Shown piece after piece: positions 46,805 to 57,473 of a DNA stretch of 64,000 nt. Within the stretch, counting starts at the first letter, position 1; each line of letters starts with the position of its first letter. Under the pieces are notes generated by a model that had not been told where the DNA came from, ran no database searches, and worked only from the letters and a program-made list of their open reading frames with translations. The stretch is taken from positions 79,926 through 143,925 of the forward strand of contig JAYOSV010000002.1 of assembly GCA_038139415.1 (NCBI GenBank), read 5' to 3'. The DNA is from Verrucomicrobiales bacterium. GTDB lineage: Bacteria; Verrucomicrobiota; Verrucomicrobiia; Limisphaerales; UBA1100. Position numbers and translations under genes: made by a program.

Positions 46805-47404
46805 ATGAAACGTGTATTGATGATGCTGTTTTTGGCCGTAGGCCTGAACCTTGGTTACACCTTGAATGCGGCTACGGCCATCGGGGTGATCAGTTTGGAG
46901 AAAGTTTATAACGGTTATTGGAGGACCGATGTTGAAAACAAAAAGCTGAAAAGCAAACAGGAAGAAGCGCTCGATCGCATCAAAAAACTGGAGGAATCGC
47001 TTCGTAAAGAAGGTACTGTGCTAGGGAACATGATTAAAGCCATGCAGGATCCTCGGCTGGCGGCTGCCGAACGCTCTAACCGTCAGCAACAAGTGCAGAC
47101 CAAGCAAAAGGAACTGCAGCAAATGCAGGATGCCATTCAGGGGTTTCGTGAGCGTACTCGAAAGGATCTAGAGTTGGATATGCGCAAGGAGCGCGAACAA
47201 ATAATGGAGGAGATACAGCAAATCGTTTCAACCGAGGCCAAAAAGCGAAAACTTAACCTCGTGCTTGATGAGGCTGCCCGATCAGCGGCCATTGCGCCGA
47301 TTGTGATTTTTACTGATGGCGAAAATGATCTGACGGAAGAAGTCTTGCGCCAGCTCAACCTAAGCGACCCCAAGAAAGGCAGCGGGGGCAATAAGGACAA
47401 ATAG
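46805..47404 (+). CDS. skp: OmpH/Skp periplasmic chaperone
   Basis: Signal peptide, IGVI...V, coiled coil and DLTEEVL; directly downstream of bamA. Confidence 0.85.
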   Translation: MKRVLMMLFLAVGLNLGYTLNAATAIGVISLEKVYNGYWRTDVENKKLKSKQEEALDRIKKLEESLRKEGTVLGNMIKAMQDPRLAAAERSNRQQQVQTKQKELQQMQDAIQGFRERTRKDLELDMRKEREQIMEEIQQIVSTEAKKRKLNLVLDEAARSAAIAPIVIFTDGENDLTEEVLRQLNLSDPKKGSGGNKDK

Positions 47405-47410
47405 AGCGCC

Positions 47411-48601
47411 TCAATCTTCCGACTCACTTAACCGCTTCTGTTCCTGATCGAGGAGCATGGAGTGGGCTTCCTGAAGGATTCCTGGAATCCGTTCGGCAAA
47501 GGGGCTGTTGCCGAGTACGCCCTTAACCGCCTCCATATCCAACTTGGCAACATGTTCGCCGGGGAACCAGTGATCGGCTTGGCCGAGGAGGTTGTAGCGC
47601 ATTTTGCCCCAGTCCACGAGGTCGAGGCTCTTGGCGTAAGTCCATAGGCGTAGGATCTCGGAGATGTTTACGTTGCCGGGCACATCCACGTAGTGCGGTA
47701 AACCTTCGGGCCAGCGGGCGCACCAGTCGGCGCCGAGCACGGTGTCCATTTCCTGCCGGAGCCGTTGCTCGATCTCGGTGATGTTGGGGGCAATATTGTC
47801 GTAGTGCTTGAGCGTCTCAAGGTGGCACTCGAAATCGCTGGGCTGTGCCGCGCCGCAGCTGAGGGTATGCACTTCGGGGCGGTTCAGGCAGTAGAGTGCG
47901 TTAAACTGCATGGGATGTAGCGGGGCGCATAGCTCGGTGAGTTTGGGCGGTGGGGCGTAGAGTTTGCCGCCCTTGTCGTTGGGGCTGATGATAAACACGC
48001 CCATGTCGCGCGCGGCGGCGGCTTCTACCGCTGACCAGTTGAGGTCGTTGACGAAATACCAGTGGAGGTTGACATAATCGAATCCGTCACTCTCGATGGC
48101 TTTCAGGATGATATCCGTGGTGGCGTGGGTGGAGAAACCGACGTGCCGGCAGCGGCCTTCCTTTTGCAGCTGGCGCGCGGCGGCCAGGCAGCCGTTCTCG
48201 CCCAATGACCAGTCGAGCAGTTCTTGATTGTTGATTCCGTGCAGCGAAAGCAATTCCACGTAGTCCAGCTGCAGGTAATCCATCGAGGTGTTGAAGGTAT
48301 CGAGGAATTCCTTGGTCGTGGCAAAGGGCGCCACCTTGGTTTGCACGATCAGTTTCTCCCGCGGGAACTGCTTGAGCACGGGGCCCAGCTGCATCTCGGA
48401 GCTGCCGTAGCCACGCGCCGTTTCGATGTGGTTGATTCCCAATTCCACCGAGCGATGGATTGTGGCCTCGAGGTTTTTCTGGCCTTCATCGGGCACCTCG
48501 CTCCATTCGATGTCGCTCCACTTGTGCTGATAACGCATGCCTCCACAAGAGAACACGGGCATCTCTAAATCTGTTTTTCCGAATCGTCGGTATTTCATCA
48601 T
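47411..48601 (-). CDS. Aldo/keto reductase family protein
   Basis: YRRFGKT, NHIETARGYGSSE, QTK and GFSTH. Confidence 0.85.
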   Translation of the reverse strand: MMKYRRFGKTDLEMPVFSCGGMRYQHKWSDIEWSEVPDEGQKNLEATIHRSVELGINHIETARGYGSSEMQLGPVLKQFPREKLIVQTKVAPFATTKEFLDTFNTSMDYLQLDYVELLSLHGINNQELLDWSLGENGCLAAARQLQKEGRCRHVGFSTHATTDIILKAIESDGFDYVNLHWYFVNDLNWSAVEAAAARDMGVFIISPNDKGGKLYAPPPKLTELCAPLHPMQFNALYCLNRPEVHTLSCGAAQPSDFECHLETLKHYDNIAPNITEIEQRLRQEMDTVLGADWCARWPEGLPHYVDVPGNVNISEILRLWTYAKSLDLVDWGKMRYNLLGQADHWFPGEHVAKLDMEAVKGVLGNSPFAERIPGILQEAHSMLLDQEQKRLSESED

Positions 48602-49443
48602 GCCACAAATTCCAGTTCCTGCCGGTGGGGGATCAAGCTGGCTTCATGGGCGCGGTCGAGGAAACGCGTGATGGTGTCGCGCCCCTTGTCGCCGTAATCG
48701 AGAGTCCAATGGTTTACGTACATGCCCACGAATTGATCCGCCAATTCCACGCCCATATCGCGCGCGTACTGGAGCGCGTGCTCCACGGCCTCAGGCCGAT
48801 GGTCGAGACTGTACTGAATACTCTCGGTAAGCAGATCACTCACGACCTTGCGCTCCGCCTCAGCGATGCGTTTGTGGATCACATTGCCGCCGAGGGGCAG
48901 GGGGAGGCCGTCATTTTCCTCGCCCCACCACACGCCGAGATTCATGCAGCACACGAGCCCTTCATTTTCAAAAGTTAATTGGCCTTCATGAATGATCAGG
49001 CCCACATCGGCTTGCCCAGCCTTGACCGTGGCAAAGATCTCATCAAACGGCACCACCACATAATCAAGCTCCGTTTTCGGCCGGCCGAGCCACAACTGCA
49101 GCGCCAGAAACGCACTGGTCATTTCACCGGGCACGGCAATCTTTTTGCCGGCGATTTCCTCTTTCGAATAATGCTCCTTGGCTACCAGCATCGGGCCGTA
49201 TCCGTCGCCCATACTCGCCCCGCTGGGTAACAGGGCGTACTGATCGCTCACATAAGCGTAGGCGTGAATGCTGATGGCGCTGATATCCAGCTCGCCGCGC
49301 GTGGCGCGCTCGTTGAGCGTCTGGATATCCTGCAAAATGTGTTCAAAGGCATACCCGCGCGGATCAATCAGATTCTTCGCCAGCGCATAAAACATAAAGG
49401 CATCGTCCGGATCGGGGGAATGGCCAAGCGTGAGGTGTGTCAT
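48598..49443 (-). CDS. mqnD: 1,4-dihydroxy-6-naphthoate synthase (futalosine pathway)
   Basis: GHSPDPDDAFMF, GYGP, IIHEGQ, LPLPLG and MYVN. Confidence 0.88.
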   Translation of the reverse strand: MTHLTLGHSPDPDDAFMFYALAKNLIDPRGYAFEHILQDIQTLNERATRGELDISAISIHAYAYVSDQYALLPSGASMGDGYGPMLVAKEHYSKEEIAGKKIAVPGEMTSAFLALQLWLGRPKTELDYVVVPFDEIFATVKAGQADVGLIIHEGQLTFENEGLVCCMNLGVWWGEENDGLPLPLGGNVIHKRIAEAERKVVSDLLTESIQYSLDHRPEAVEHALQYARDMGVELADQFVGMYVNHWTLDYGDKGRDTITRFLDRAHEASLIPHRQELEFVA

Positions 49444-49546
49444 CGCCGCCGAGAGTGCGCAAAAGTCCGCGTTATGTCCATGCGATTGATTCGTTTTGGC
49501 TGGCCAAGCGTGAGGGCTTTGGCCACGCTATCGCTTGCGACGAGGT

Positions 49547-51205
49547 ATGCGGGACTATTTCATCAGGCGCTTTCTGCTGCTCATTCCCACGCTGTTGGTG
49601 ATCACCATGATCGTCTTCGGGGTGACCCGCATCGCTCCCGGCGGTCCCATGGAACAGGCGATGATGGAGGCGCAGATGGTTTCCATGGAAGGCGGCGGCG
49701 GCCGTTCCGAAGGCGCTGCGCTTAGCGAAGAGCAACTCGAACAAATGAAGGAGCTCTATGGGTACGATAAACCGATCCATGAAGCTTATCTGATTTGGCT
49801 GGGTTTGATGCCACGGGAACTTAATCGGCGAGATGTCGATTTTGTGGATGATAAAACCGAGCTTACAGTTCGTATGCGGGTGCCGGCCTTTCATGTGGCT
49901 GCACTGGATTGGAATGGAGACGGTTTTGTGCAGACGACTGAAGTGCCCGAGAGTGTGGTCGGTTATGTGAAATTTGATCAACTGGACACAAACCGAGATG
50001 GCCGGATTGACGGGTGGGAGGCGGAAGCCGAGTCAGCCTCCATTGAACGGGCTAGGGAACGGGTGTTGGTTCAGTTGATCGATAGCCAGCCACAAATCGT
50101 CAACGCCGATGAAACAATGGTCGATTGGAAAGTGCGGCTGGTGGAATCGGGAGAAGAAACGCCAAACGTTCCGCGTGCGGAGCTATATCGCACACGATAT
50201 GCCGGAGTGCTGCAGGGTGATCTGGGTAAATCCTTCCGGCATGGGGAGCCGGTCTTGGATGTCATGTTGGAGCGTCTTCCAGTCTCTACATTCTACGGAT
50301 TGCTGACGTTCTTTTTCACCTTTCTCGTATGTGTGCCGTTGGGGATTGCTAAGGCGATGAAGCACAATACCTGGTTCGACAACGGATCGTCGGTGTTTAT
50401 CTTTATGGGTTATGCCGTTCCGGGCTATGTGTTGGGAGCCTTGATGATGGTGTTTCTGGCGGCGCGCTGGGAATGGTTTCCCACGGGCGGTTTTACCGGA
50501 CCCAATTACGAGAGTACGCCAATCGAAAATGTCAGTGTGATGGCCGGAACCAGTGAATGGACTGCCGAACGGCACGGTCTTCGGGATGGGCAGGAGGTTT
50601 GGCTGGAAGGAACGGTGCCGGCGGCCGAGCCGGTGTTGGAGAAGGAGGCGGCTTATGTGGTGGCGGTAAAGGATACTGACACCTTTGAGCTGCTGCCCAA
50701 ATCAGGCGGTAAACCTGTGACGCTGCAGGCCAATGCGGCGAAGGTGGAATTGCATCGCCATACAAGCCCGGCGGGACGGGCCTTGGATCTGGCGTGGCAT
50801 GCGGTGTTGCCATTGTTGTGTTACCTCGTCGGCAGCTTTGCGTTTGTGACCATGCTCATGAAAAACCATCTCATGGACAACCTCTCTTCAGATTACATGC
50901 GCACAGCCATCGCGAAAGGGGTGCCGTTTTCACAGGCCGTACGACGACATGCCTTGCGCAATTCTTTAATTCCATTGGCGACTAACATTGGACATCAGAT
51001 CACGTTGTTTGTAGCCGGCAGTTTTCTGATTGAAACCATATTTGATATCAATGGCTTTGGGCTGTTGGGATTTAAGTCCGTCTTGGACCGTGATATTCCT
51101 GTGGTAATGGGGATCTTTTTATTATCCGCCACCTTGATGCTCCTGGGGAATATCATCTCGGATATTCTCGTGGCCTTGGTGGATCCGCGGGTTCGATTCA
51201 ACTGA
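49547..51205 (+). CDS. Peptide ABC transporter permease (YejB/OppB-like) with inserted domains
   Basis: Y.IRR.LL.IPTL, PGGP, GDLGKS, YMRTA.AKG...HALRNSL and IETIF. Confidence 0.9.
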   Translation: MRDYFIRRFLLLIPTLLVITMIVFGVTRIAPGGPMEQAMMEAQMVSMEGGGGRSEGAALSEEQLEQMKELYGYDKPIHEAYLIWLGLMPRELNRRDVDFVDDKTELTVRMRVPAFHVAALDWNGDGFVQTTEVPESVVGYVKFDQLDTNRDGRIDGWEAEAESASIERARERVLVQLIDSQPQIVNADETMVDWKVRLVESGEETPNVPRAELYRTRYAGVLQGDLGKSFRHGEPVLDVMLERLPVSTFYGLLTFFFTFLVCVPLGIAKAMKHNTWFDNGSSVFIFMGYAVPGYVLGALMMVFLAARWEWFPTGGFTGPNYESTPIENVSVMAGTSEWTAERHGLRDGQEVWLEGTVPAAEPVLEKEAAYVVAVKDTDTFELLPKSGGKPVTLQANAAKVELHRHTSPAGRALDLAWHAVLPLLCYLVGSFAFVTMLMKNHLMDNLSSDYMRTAIAKGVPFSQAVRRHALRNSLIPLATNIGHQITLFVAGSFLIETIFDINGFGLLGFKSVLDRDIPVVMGIFLLSATLMLLGNIISDILVALVDPRVRFN

Positions 51206-52551
51206 TGATTGAGGATAATGCCAGTACTTCTCCCCCCGCACGCCCCATTTGGGAGGTAGTCGTGTGGGTTTTGGTAGGGCTGATGGTAGGCTTTGCAGTC
51301 GGTGGATTATTGGGCGGTTTGCTGGGTGGGCTTTATGGACAATTTTTCCTGAGCAGCGCTGAGGTCGGAGCGGGGTTTATCAATGGTGTGAAACAAGGAT
51401 TCCTGTATGTCGGGGCTGCGGGCGCGTTATTGGGAGGTGGATTGTGCGCTACCTTGCGGTTTAATCCACAGACGTTGCGCAAGCTAAAACGGTTTTATGG
51501 AATCAAACGTGGATACTGGTCATTGATCCTGTTAGCGGGCGCGTTTTCAATTTCCCTGTTGGGTCAGTTTTTCGTCAACAACCGGGCTCTGGTTGTGGTG
51601 CATGAAGGGCAGACCTATTTTCCGGCCCTCCCGTTTGCCGCATCACACACGGGCGTGGATTTTGGGATGGAGACGGATGCGGAGGGTCAGGAATACAGTT
51701 ACGAAGTGAATTACCGTGAGTTAAAGGCGCACTTTCAGTCTGCCGGCAAAGGGACTGTGGTGATGCCGTTGGTGCCGTATAGTCCGGAGGAAACGCGCCG
51801 GATAGGCGACGGTACGCAGCATCCGTCGCCGCCTAATTTCGAGGCGCGCCATTTTATGGGAACGGATCCGATCGGGCAGGATATTTTTGCCCGCTTGTTT
51901 TACGGGTTTCGCATTACTTTGATCTTTGCGCTGATGTTTACCTTGGTGGTGTATTTGATCGGCGTCGTGATCGGTTGCCTGATGGGGTACTACGGGAGTT
52001 GGGTGGATTTGCTGGGTCAACGGGCCGTGGAAGTCTGGCAGAATATCCCGTTCCTTTACATGGTTATCATTGCGGTGGCGGCTGTCAGTGACCTGCCGTT
52101 TAAATTACCCGCATGGTTCAAGATTTTGGTGCTACTGATCATCATGGTGCTTTTTAGCTGGACGAGCATGACGTATTATATGCGGACATCCATTCTGCGT
52201 GAAAAATCACGTGACTATGTGGCGGCCGCGCAGATGCTTGGCGCCAGCACTCCGCGCATCATCTTTAATCACTTGCTGCCCAACACAATTTCCACGATAG
52301 TGACATTCATGCCATTCACCGTCGCCACCGCGATCATATCGATCACGGCACTGGATTACCTCGGGTTTGGTCTGCCGTCCGGTACGCCCAGTTGGGGGCG
52401 GATGTTGCAACAAGGCGTGGCGAACCTGCATGCACCGTGGATCGTGTTGTCCGCCTTTACAGCGATGGTCATGGTGTTGACGCTGGTGACGTTTATCGGC
52501 GAAGCCGTGCGGGAAGCCTTTGATCCCAAGAAATTTACAACCTACGAATAA
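51205..52551 (+). CDS. Peptide ABC transporter permease (YejE/OppC-like)
   Basis: GTD..G.DIFARL.YGFR, EAA-like DYVAAA..LGA and GEAVREAFDP. Confidence 0.9.
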   Translation: MIEDNASTSPPARPIWEVVVWVLVGLMVGFAVGGLLGGLLGGLYGQFFLSSAEVGAGFINGVKQGFLYVGAAGALLGGGLCATLRFNPQTLRKLKRFYGIKRGYWSLILLAGAFSISLLGQFFVNNRALVVVHEGQTYFPALPFAASHTGVDFGMETDAEGQEYSYEVNYRELKAHFQSAGKGTVVMPLVPYSPEETRRIGDGTQHPSPPNFEARHFMGTDPIGQDIFARLFYGFRITLIFALMFTLVVYLIGVVIGCLMGYYGSWVDLLGQRAVEVWQNIPFLYMVIIAVAAVSDLPFKLPAWFKILVLLIIMVLFSWTSMTYYMRTSILREKSRDYVAAAQMLGASTPRIIFNHLLPNTISTIVTFMPFTVATAIISITALDYLGFGLPSGTPSWGRMLQQGVANLHAPWIVLSAFTAMVMVLTLVTFIGEAVREAFDPKKFTTYE

Positions 52552-52552
52552 C

Positions 52553-54706
52553 ATGAAAACAAAACTGACAGGATTCCTTCTGGCCGCCGCCTTGATTTGG
52601 GCGGGGGGGTGCAATCAAAAGCAGTTGAAGAAACCGGCCTCCACAGGCGACGACAAACCGGCGGCGGCTGCGGCGATGAGTGAAGATCATGTGCGGCAAA
52701 TGGCGCAGGTTTTTGCGCAGGAATTTGCCGCGGAATTGAAGCGGCAAAACGTGACGTTGGCCAATGGAGGAAAAGGTCAAACGGGGCCGGTTGTGCCCAC
52801 GCCACCCGTGGGCCGCGCCGTGACGCTGAAGAGCGCGCCAGATGTGATGGAGTTTTACGAGGCCAATCCCGATGGTTTCACAGTGGCTCAACCCGGCGAT
52901 TTGCCGTCGGGACTGGAATGGGTGACGGGAGCTGAGTTGGAGGAGTTTGCCAGTCCCGAGGCCAAGCGGGGAGGCACATTCATGGAATACACGTCGGACT
53001 ACCCGCGCACACTTCGGTTTGTGGGGCCGGACGCCAATGGGGCGTTTCGGAGTTATATGCTCGATTACAACGCGGTGTATCTGGTGATGCCGCACCCGAA
53101 TGGCGATGGGTATTATCCTGGCCTGGCAAAGGAATGGGCCTATGGGCCAGACGGGCGCACGGTGTTTTTCCGGATCGATCCTGATGCGCGTTATTCGGAT
53201 GGCAAGCCGCTCAAAGTGACGGACTTCTTCTTTGGTCTCTACATGATGCGCAGTAAACACATTCAAGCGCCATGGTATAATGACTATTTCAGTGATGAGA
53301 AATTTGAAAACGTGACGATCTATGATGAGCAGACGCTTTCGATTCGTTTTTATAAGGCCAAGCCGGATGTTATTGAAAAGATCGCCGGCTTGCGGCCGGT
53401 GCCGGAACATTTTTATGGCGAGTTGGACGAACAATATGTGGAGGATTTTCAGTTCAAATTTGAACCGACATTGGGCGCTTATGAGGTGAAAACAGATAAT
53501 GTGAAGTCCGGCGAATCCGTCACGCTCACCCGCGTGCCTGGTTGGTGGGCGGACAAGAAGCGCTTTTTCCGGAACCGGTTTAACCCCGATGCCATTAAGG
53601 TGACCGTGGTACGGGAGCCGGCCAAGGTGTTTGAATTGTTCCTGAAAGGCGACCTCGACTGGCACGGTTTGGCCTTGCCGGAATATTGGTATGAGAAATT
53701 GCCGGACGACCACGAGCTCGTGAAGAACGGGCATGTGGAGAAGATTCAATTTCACAACGATGTACCCCGGCCGACTTGGGCGGTGCGGTTGAATTCAAAT
53801 CATCCGGTTTTATCGAATCAGGATATTCGGGTGGGTATGAACTATGCCCTAAACTTTTCTGCCGTCATCGAGAAATGTTTCCGTAACGACTACGAACGAA
53901 TGCGGACGGTGGCCGATGGTTACGGACCTCGTAGTCACCCAAACCTCAAGGCTCGCGCATTCTCGGTGGAAAAAGCTAAGGAACAGTTCGCCAAGGCCGG
54001 CTACACCGAGCTGGGGTCTGACGGCATCCTAAGAACGCCCGCCGGCAAACGACTGTCGTTTGTCTTTACCACGCCATACAAGCGACTGGATGAAGCCGGC
54101 GTGATGACCGTTCTCAAGGAGGAAGCCAAGAAGGCTGGAGTGGAGCTGCAAGTGGAGGTTATGGAACGCACGGCGGCCTGGAAAAAAATCAGTGAGAAAA
54201 AGCACGAGATGATGCTGGGTGCGCTGAACACCTCCGTGGAGATGTACCCTCGCTTCTGGGAACCCTACCACTCGGACAACGCCTACAAGGAAGACAAGGC
54301 AGATCGCTACGATACCAATGGCAAACTCAAGCCGGGCCTGACGCCCAAGCCGGTAACCAACAGCTTTACCCTTATGGCCGATCAAGAAATTGACGGGTTG
54401 ATCGAACGCTATCGGGAAAGCGAAGACCTTAAGGAGATCACGCAATTGTCGCACAAGTTGATCCAGAAAATTCACGACCACGGCGCTTATGTGCCCGGTT
54501 GGGTCCGCCCGTGGTATCGCGTGGGCCAATGGCGTTGGGTGAAATATCCCAAGGATTACAACGTGCGCGAGAGTCGCGAGCCGTTCGAATTCCACATCCA
54601 CTGGATCGATTCGGACGAAAAGGCCCGTACGCTCAAGGCGATGGAGGATGACAAAGCTTCCGGGGCTGCGTCGATTCGGGTATTCGATAAGTATAAGCTC
54701 GATTAA
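52553..54706 (+). CDS. ABC transporter substrate-binding lipoprotein (YejA-like, family 5)
   Basis: Lipobox [12 protein letters not shown] and ARYSDGKP...D. Confidence 0.85.
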   Translation: MKTKLTGFLLAAALIWAGGCNQKQLKKPASTGDDKPAAAAAMSEDHVRQMAQVFAQEFAAELKRQNVTLANGGKGQTGPVVPTPPVGRAVTLKSAPDVMEFYEANPDGFTVAQPGDLPSGLEWVTGAELEEFASPEAKRGGTFMEYTSDYPRTLRFVGPDANGAFRSYMLDYNAVYLVMPHPNGDGYYPGLAKEWAYGPDGRTVFFRIDPDARYSDGKPLKVTDFFFGLYMMRSKHIQAPWYNDYFSDEKFENVTIYDEQTLSIRFYKAKPDVIEKIAGLRPVPEHFYGELDEQYVEDFQFKFEPTLGAYEVKTDNVKSGESVTLTRVPGWWADKKRFFRNRFNPDAIKVTVVREPAKVFELFLKGDLDWHGLALPEYWYEKLPDDHELVKNGHVEKIQFHNDVPRPTWAVRLNSNHPVLSNQDIRVGMNYALNFSAVIEKCFRNDYERMRTVADGYGPRSHPNLKARAFSVEKAKEQFAKAGYTELGSDGILRTPAGKRLSFVFTTPYKRLDEAGVMTVLKEEAKKAGVELQVEVMERTAAWKKISEKKHEMMLGALNTSVEMYPRFWEPYHSDNAYKEDKADRYDTNGKLKPGLTPKPVTNSFTLMADQEIDGLIERYRESEDLKEITQLSHKLIQKIHDHGAYVPGWVRPWYRVGQWRWVKYPKDYNVRESREPFEFHIHWIDSDEKARTLKAMEDDKASGAASIRVFDKYKLD

Positions 54707-54707
54707 C

Positions 54708-55697
54708 GTGTCCGACGCCGCATCAGATAACGTGCTGGAGGTGCGCAACCTCGTCACGGCGTTCGACACCGATGCCGGTCAATTGACCGCGGTGGATGGC
54801 GTGAGCTTTGATGTTCGGCGCGGTCGTACGTTGGGGATTGTGGGAGAAAGCGGTTGCGGCAAGAGCGTCACCGCCATGAGCATCATGCGGTTGCTGCCGC
54901 AGCCGATGGGGAAGATTCTTCAGGGCAACGTGCAGTTTGATGGGGTGAACCTCGCTACCTTGCCACGTGATGACATGCGGTCTATTCGCGGGAACCGGAT
55001 CAGTATGATTTTTCAGGAACCAATGACGGCCCTGAATCCCGTGCATACTATTGGTAAACAAATCTGTGAAGTGCTCACCCAGCACAATGAACTCGATCCG
55101 GACGTTGCATGGAATCGGGCGGTGGAGATGCTCGATAAGGTGGGTATTCCGTCACCGGAAATACGTGCCACCGAATATCCGCATCAACTGTCCGGCGGTA
55201 TGCGGCAGCGTGTGGTGATCGCCATTGCATTGGCGTGTGGCCCTGAACTGGTCATTGCCGATGAGCCGACCACGGCACTCGATGTGACGATTCAGGCGCA
55301 GATTCTGGGTTTGATGAAATCACTGCAGCGTGACCTTGGGATGTCCATTATCCTCATTACACATGATCTGGGTGTGATTGCCGAAACTTGTGATGAGGTG
55401 TGTGTTATGTACGCCGGGCGCGTGGTGGAGCGGGGAGATGCTAAGGAGTTATTTGCCAATCCGCGACATGCCTATACGCAGGGTTTGCTAAGTTCCATTC
55501 CGCGACTCAATGGGGTTCCAAAGTCGCGACTCACTACTATCGATGGCATGGTGCCGGCCTTGAATGAACTCCGGCCCGGTTGCCGTTTCTGTCCTCGAAG
55601 TGAGAGGGATTATGAACCGCATCATCTAGAAGTAAGACCGGACTTTGTAGAAATTTCATCCGGTCATTGGGTGGAAGCTTGTCCGGTATGTACGTGA
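54708..55697 (+). CDS. Peptide ABC transporter ATP-binding protein (OppD-like)
   Basis: [24 protein letters not shown] and C-terminal Cys motif. Confidence 0.93.
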   Translation: MSDAASDNVLEVRNLVTAFDTDAGQLTAVDGVSFDVRRGRTLGIVGESGCGKSVTAMSIMRLLPQPMGKILQGNVQFDGVNLATLPRDDMRSIRGNRISMIFQEPMTALNPVHTIGKQICEVLTQHNELDPDVAWNRAVEMLDKVGIPSPEIRATEYPHQLSGGMRQRVVIAIALACGPELVIADEPTTALDVTIQAQILGLMKSLQRDLGMSIILITHDLGVIAETCDEVCVMYAGRVVERGDAKELFANPRHAYTQGLLSSIPRLNGVPKSRLTTIDGMVPALNELRPGCRFCPRSERDYEPHHLEVRPDFVEISSGHWVEACPVCT

Positions 55698-56695
55698 TGG
55701 ATACGTCGACCCCCATTTTAAAAACGGAAGACCTCCGGATGCATTTTCCGGTTAAGGGCGGAGTATTCCGGCGTGCATTGGCTTCATGTAAGGCTGTGGA
55801 CGGGGTCAGTCTATCCATAGAGCATGGAGAAACCCTCGGATTGGTTGGAGAGAGCGGTTGTGGTAAGAGTACGTTTGGTAAAACGATTGCACGACTTTAT
55901 GAGCCTACTGAGGGAGCTATCCGTTTTGAGGGGGTTGATTTAGCCCCAATGTCACGAGGCCAATTGAAACCTTATCGGCGCGAGATACAAATGATTTTTC
56001 AGGATCCGTATGAGTCTCTGAATCCGCGACATACCATCGGAACGATTGTGGAGGAACCGTTTGTGATCCACGGGATGGGTACTCGCAAGGAGAGGCGGGA
56101 ATGGGTGGCGGAATTGCTGACTAAGGTGGGCTTGTCGGAATCCGCAATGAACCGGTTTCCATTCGAATTCTCCGGTGGGCAGCGGCAACGCATCGGTATC
56201 GCGCGAGCATTGGCTTTAAAGCCGAAATTGCTGATTTGTGATGAGCCGGTGAGTGCGTTGGATGTGTCGATCCAAAGTCAGGTACTTAATTTACTGATGG
56301 AACTACAGCGGGAGATGGGACTGAGTTATCTCTTCATTTCGCATGACTTGGCGGTGGTTAAGCACATCAGTGACCGGATTGCGGTGATGTATCTCGGGCG
56401 AATTGTGGAATTGGCACCGGCGGCGGAGATCTACGTCAACCCGATTCATCCGTATACCAAGGCATTGATTTCAGCGATTCCTGTGCCCGATCCGACGCAT
56501 GAGCCGGATCGGGTGATTCTAGAGGGAGATGTGCCGTCGCCGATAGACCCGCCCGAAGGCTGTCGGTTCGCGCCTCGTAGCGGGATTGAGCATGCTCCCG
56601 AGACGCTGTTGGTCCAGTCACCGTTCCGCGAAATCTCCCCGGGCCACTGGGTGGAGGCGTGTCCGGCTTGTGTGCCGGACGGGAGATTGCTGTAA
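55697..56695 (+). CDS. Peptide ABC transporter ATP-binding protein (OppF-like)
   Basis: [16 protein letters not shown] and DEPVSALD. Confidence 0.93.
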   Translation: MDTSTPILKTEDLRMHFPVKGGVFRRALASCKAVDGVSLSIEHGETLGLVGESGCGKSTFGKTIARLYEPTEGAIRFEGVDLAPMSRGQLKPYRREIQMIFQDPYESLNPRHTIGTIVEEPFVIHGMGTRKERREWVAELLTKVGLSESAMNRFPFEFSGGQRQRIGIARALALKPKLLICDEPVSALDVSIQSQVLNLLMELQREMGLSYLFISHDLAVVKHISDRIAVMYLGRIVELAPAAEIYVNPIHPYTKALISAIPVPDPTHEPDRVILEGDVPSPIDPPEGCRFAPRSGIEHAPETLLVQSPFREISPGHWVEACPACVPDGRLL

Positions 56696-56742
56696 CGAGT
56701 TGATCCGTTGGGGCGTATATGCTAGGAAACTTGAAAGGGGAT

Positions 56743-57114
56743 ATGAAAATTCAATCAGGCAAACAACGAGGGTTCACATTGGTGGAAATTATGGTCGTGG
56801 TGGCGATCATCGGGTTGCTGGCAGCAATCGCGATACCTAATCTTTTGAACGCGAGAAAAGATGTTCAAGCGACGGCTTGTCAGGCGAATCTAGATAAAAT
56901 CAAGCTGGCGATGGAAACGTATTTGTTAAAAAAACGGTTGAGTGGCGATGAAGAGGTTTCTGATGAAGCGTTGGCCCAAATGTTCGAAGAAGGGATCCCA
57001 AAATGTCCTGGCGGGGGAACTTACGAATTTTCAACTTATAATGAAAAACCGGTCTGTTCCGTCAGAGAACATGCCAGAGTAGACAGCGAAGAGGAAGAAC
57101 CCGTGGGTTACTAG
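56743..57114 (+). CDS. Type IV pilin-like protein
   Basis: [32 protein letters not shown] and CS..H. Confidence 0.88.
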   Translation: MKIQSGKQRGFTLVEIMVVVAIIGLLAAIAIPNLLNARKDVQATACQANLDKIKLAMETYLLKKRLSGDEEVSDEALAQMFEEGIPKCPGGGTYEFSTYNEKPVCSVREHARVDSEEEEPVGY

Positions 57115-57119
57115 TTAGC

Positions 57120-57473
57120 ATGATCTCGAGTTCGCAGCGTGCGTTTGGAATTGTGGATGGTCTGTTGATTCTTGCGGTTTTGGTAGTGGGGGCGGCTGTT
57201 TTAATTCCATACACCGTTTCTGAGAAACAGGATCTCAGTATTCAAAAGTGTGTTAAAAACCTGCGTGAAATTGATAAGGCGATGCGTTTATGGCAATTGG
57301 ATAATGCCAAGTCGATGGATGCGCCAGTGACGTTTGCTGAAATAGTTGAGTATTTGGCTGAAGGTGTTTCCACAAATTGTCCAAGCGGTGGTATTTATGT
57401 GGTTACGGGATTGACGAATCCTCCTGCGTGCACGATTCCCGGACACGCGCTCAGTAACGAAGGCGGGGATTAA
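57120..57473 (+). CDS. Minor pilin-like protein
   Basis: QRA/FGIVDGLL, C..NL..I..A, CPSGGIY and CTIPGH; similar to the upstream gene. Confidence 0.75.
   Translation: MISSSQRAFGIVDGLLILAVLVVGAAVLIPYTVSEKQDLSIQKCVKNLREIDKAMRLWQLDNAKSMDAPVTFAEIVEYLAEGVSTNCPSGGIYVVTGLTNPPACTIPGHALSNEGGD

Noticed and set aside
52535..53755. 406 aa minus-strand ORF
   Set aside because: Antisense shadow of the substrate-binding protein gene.
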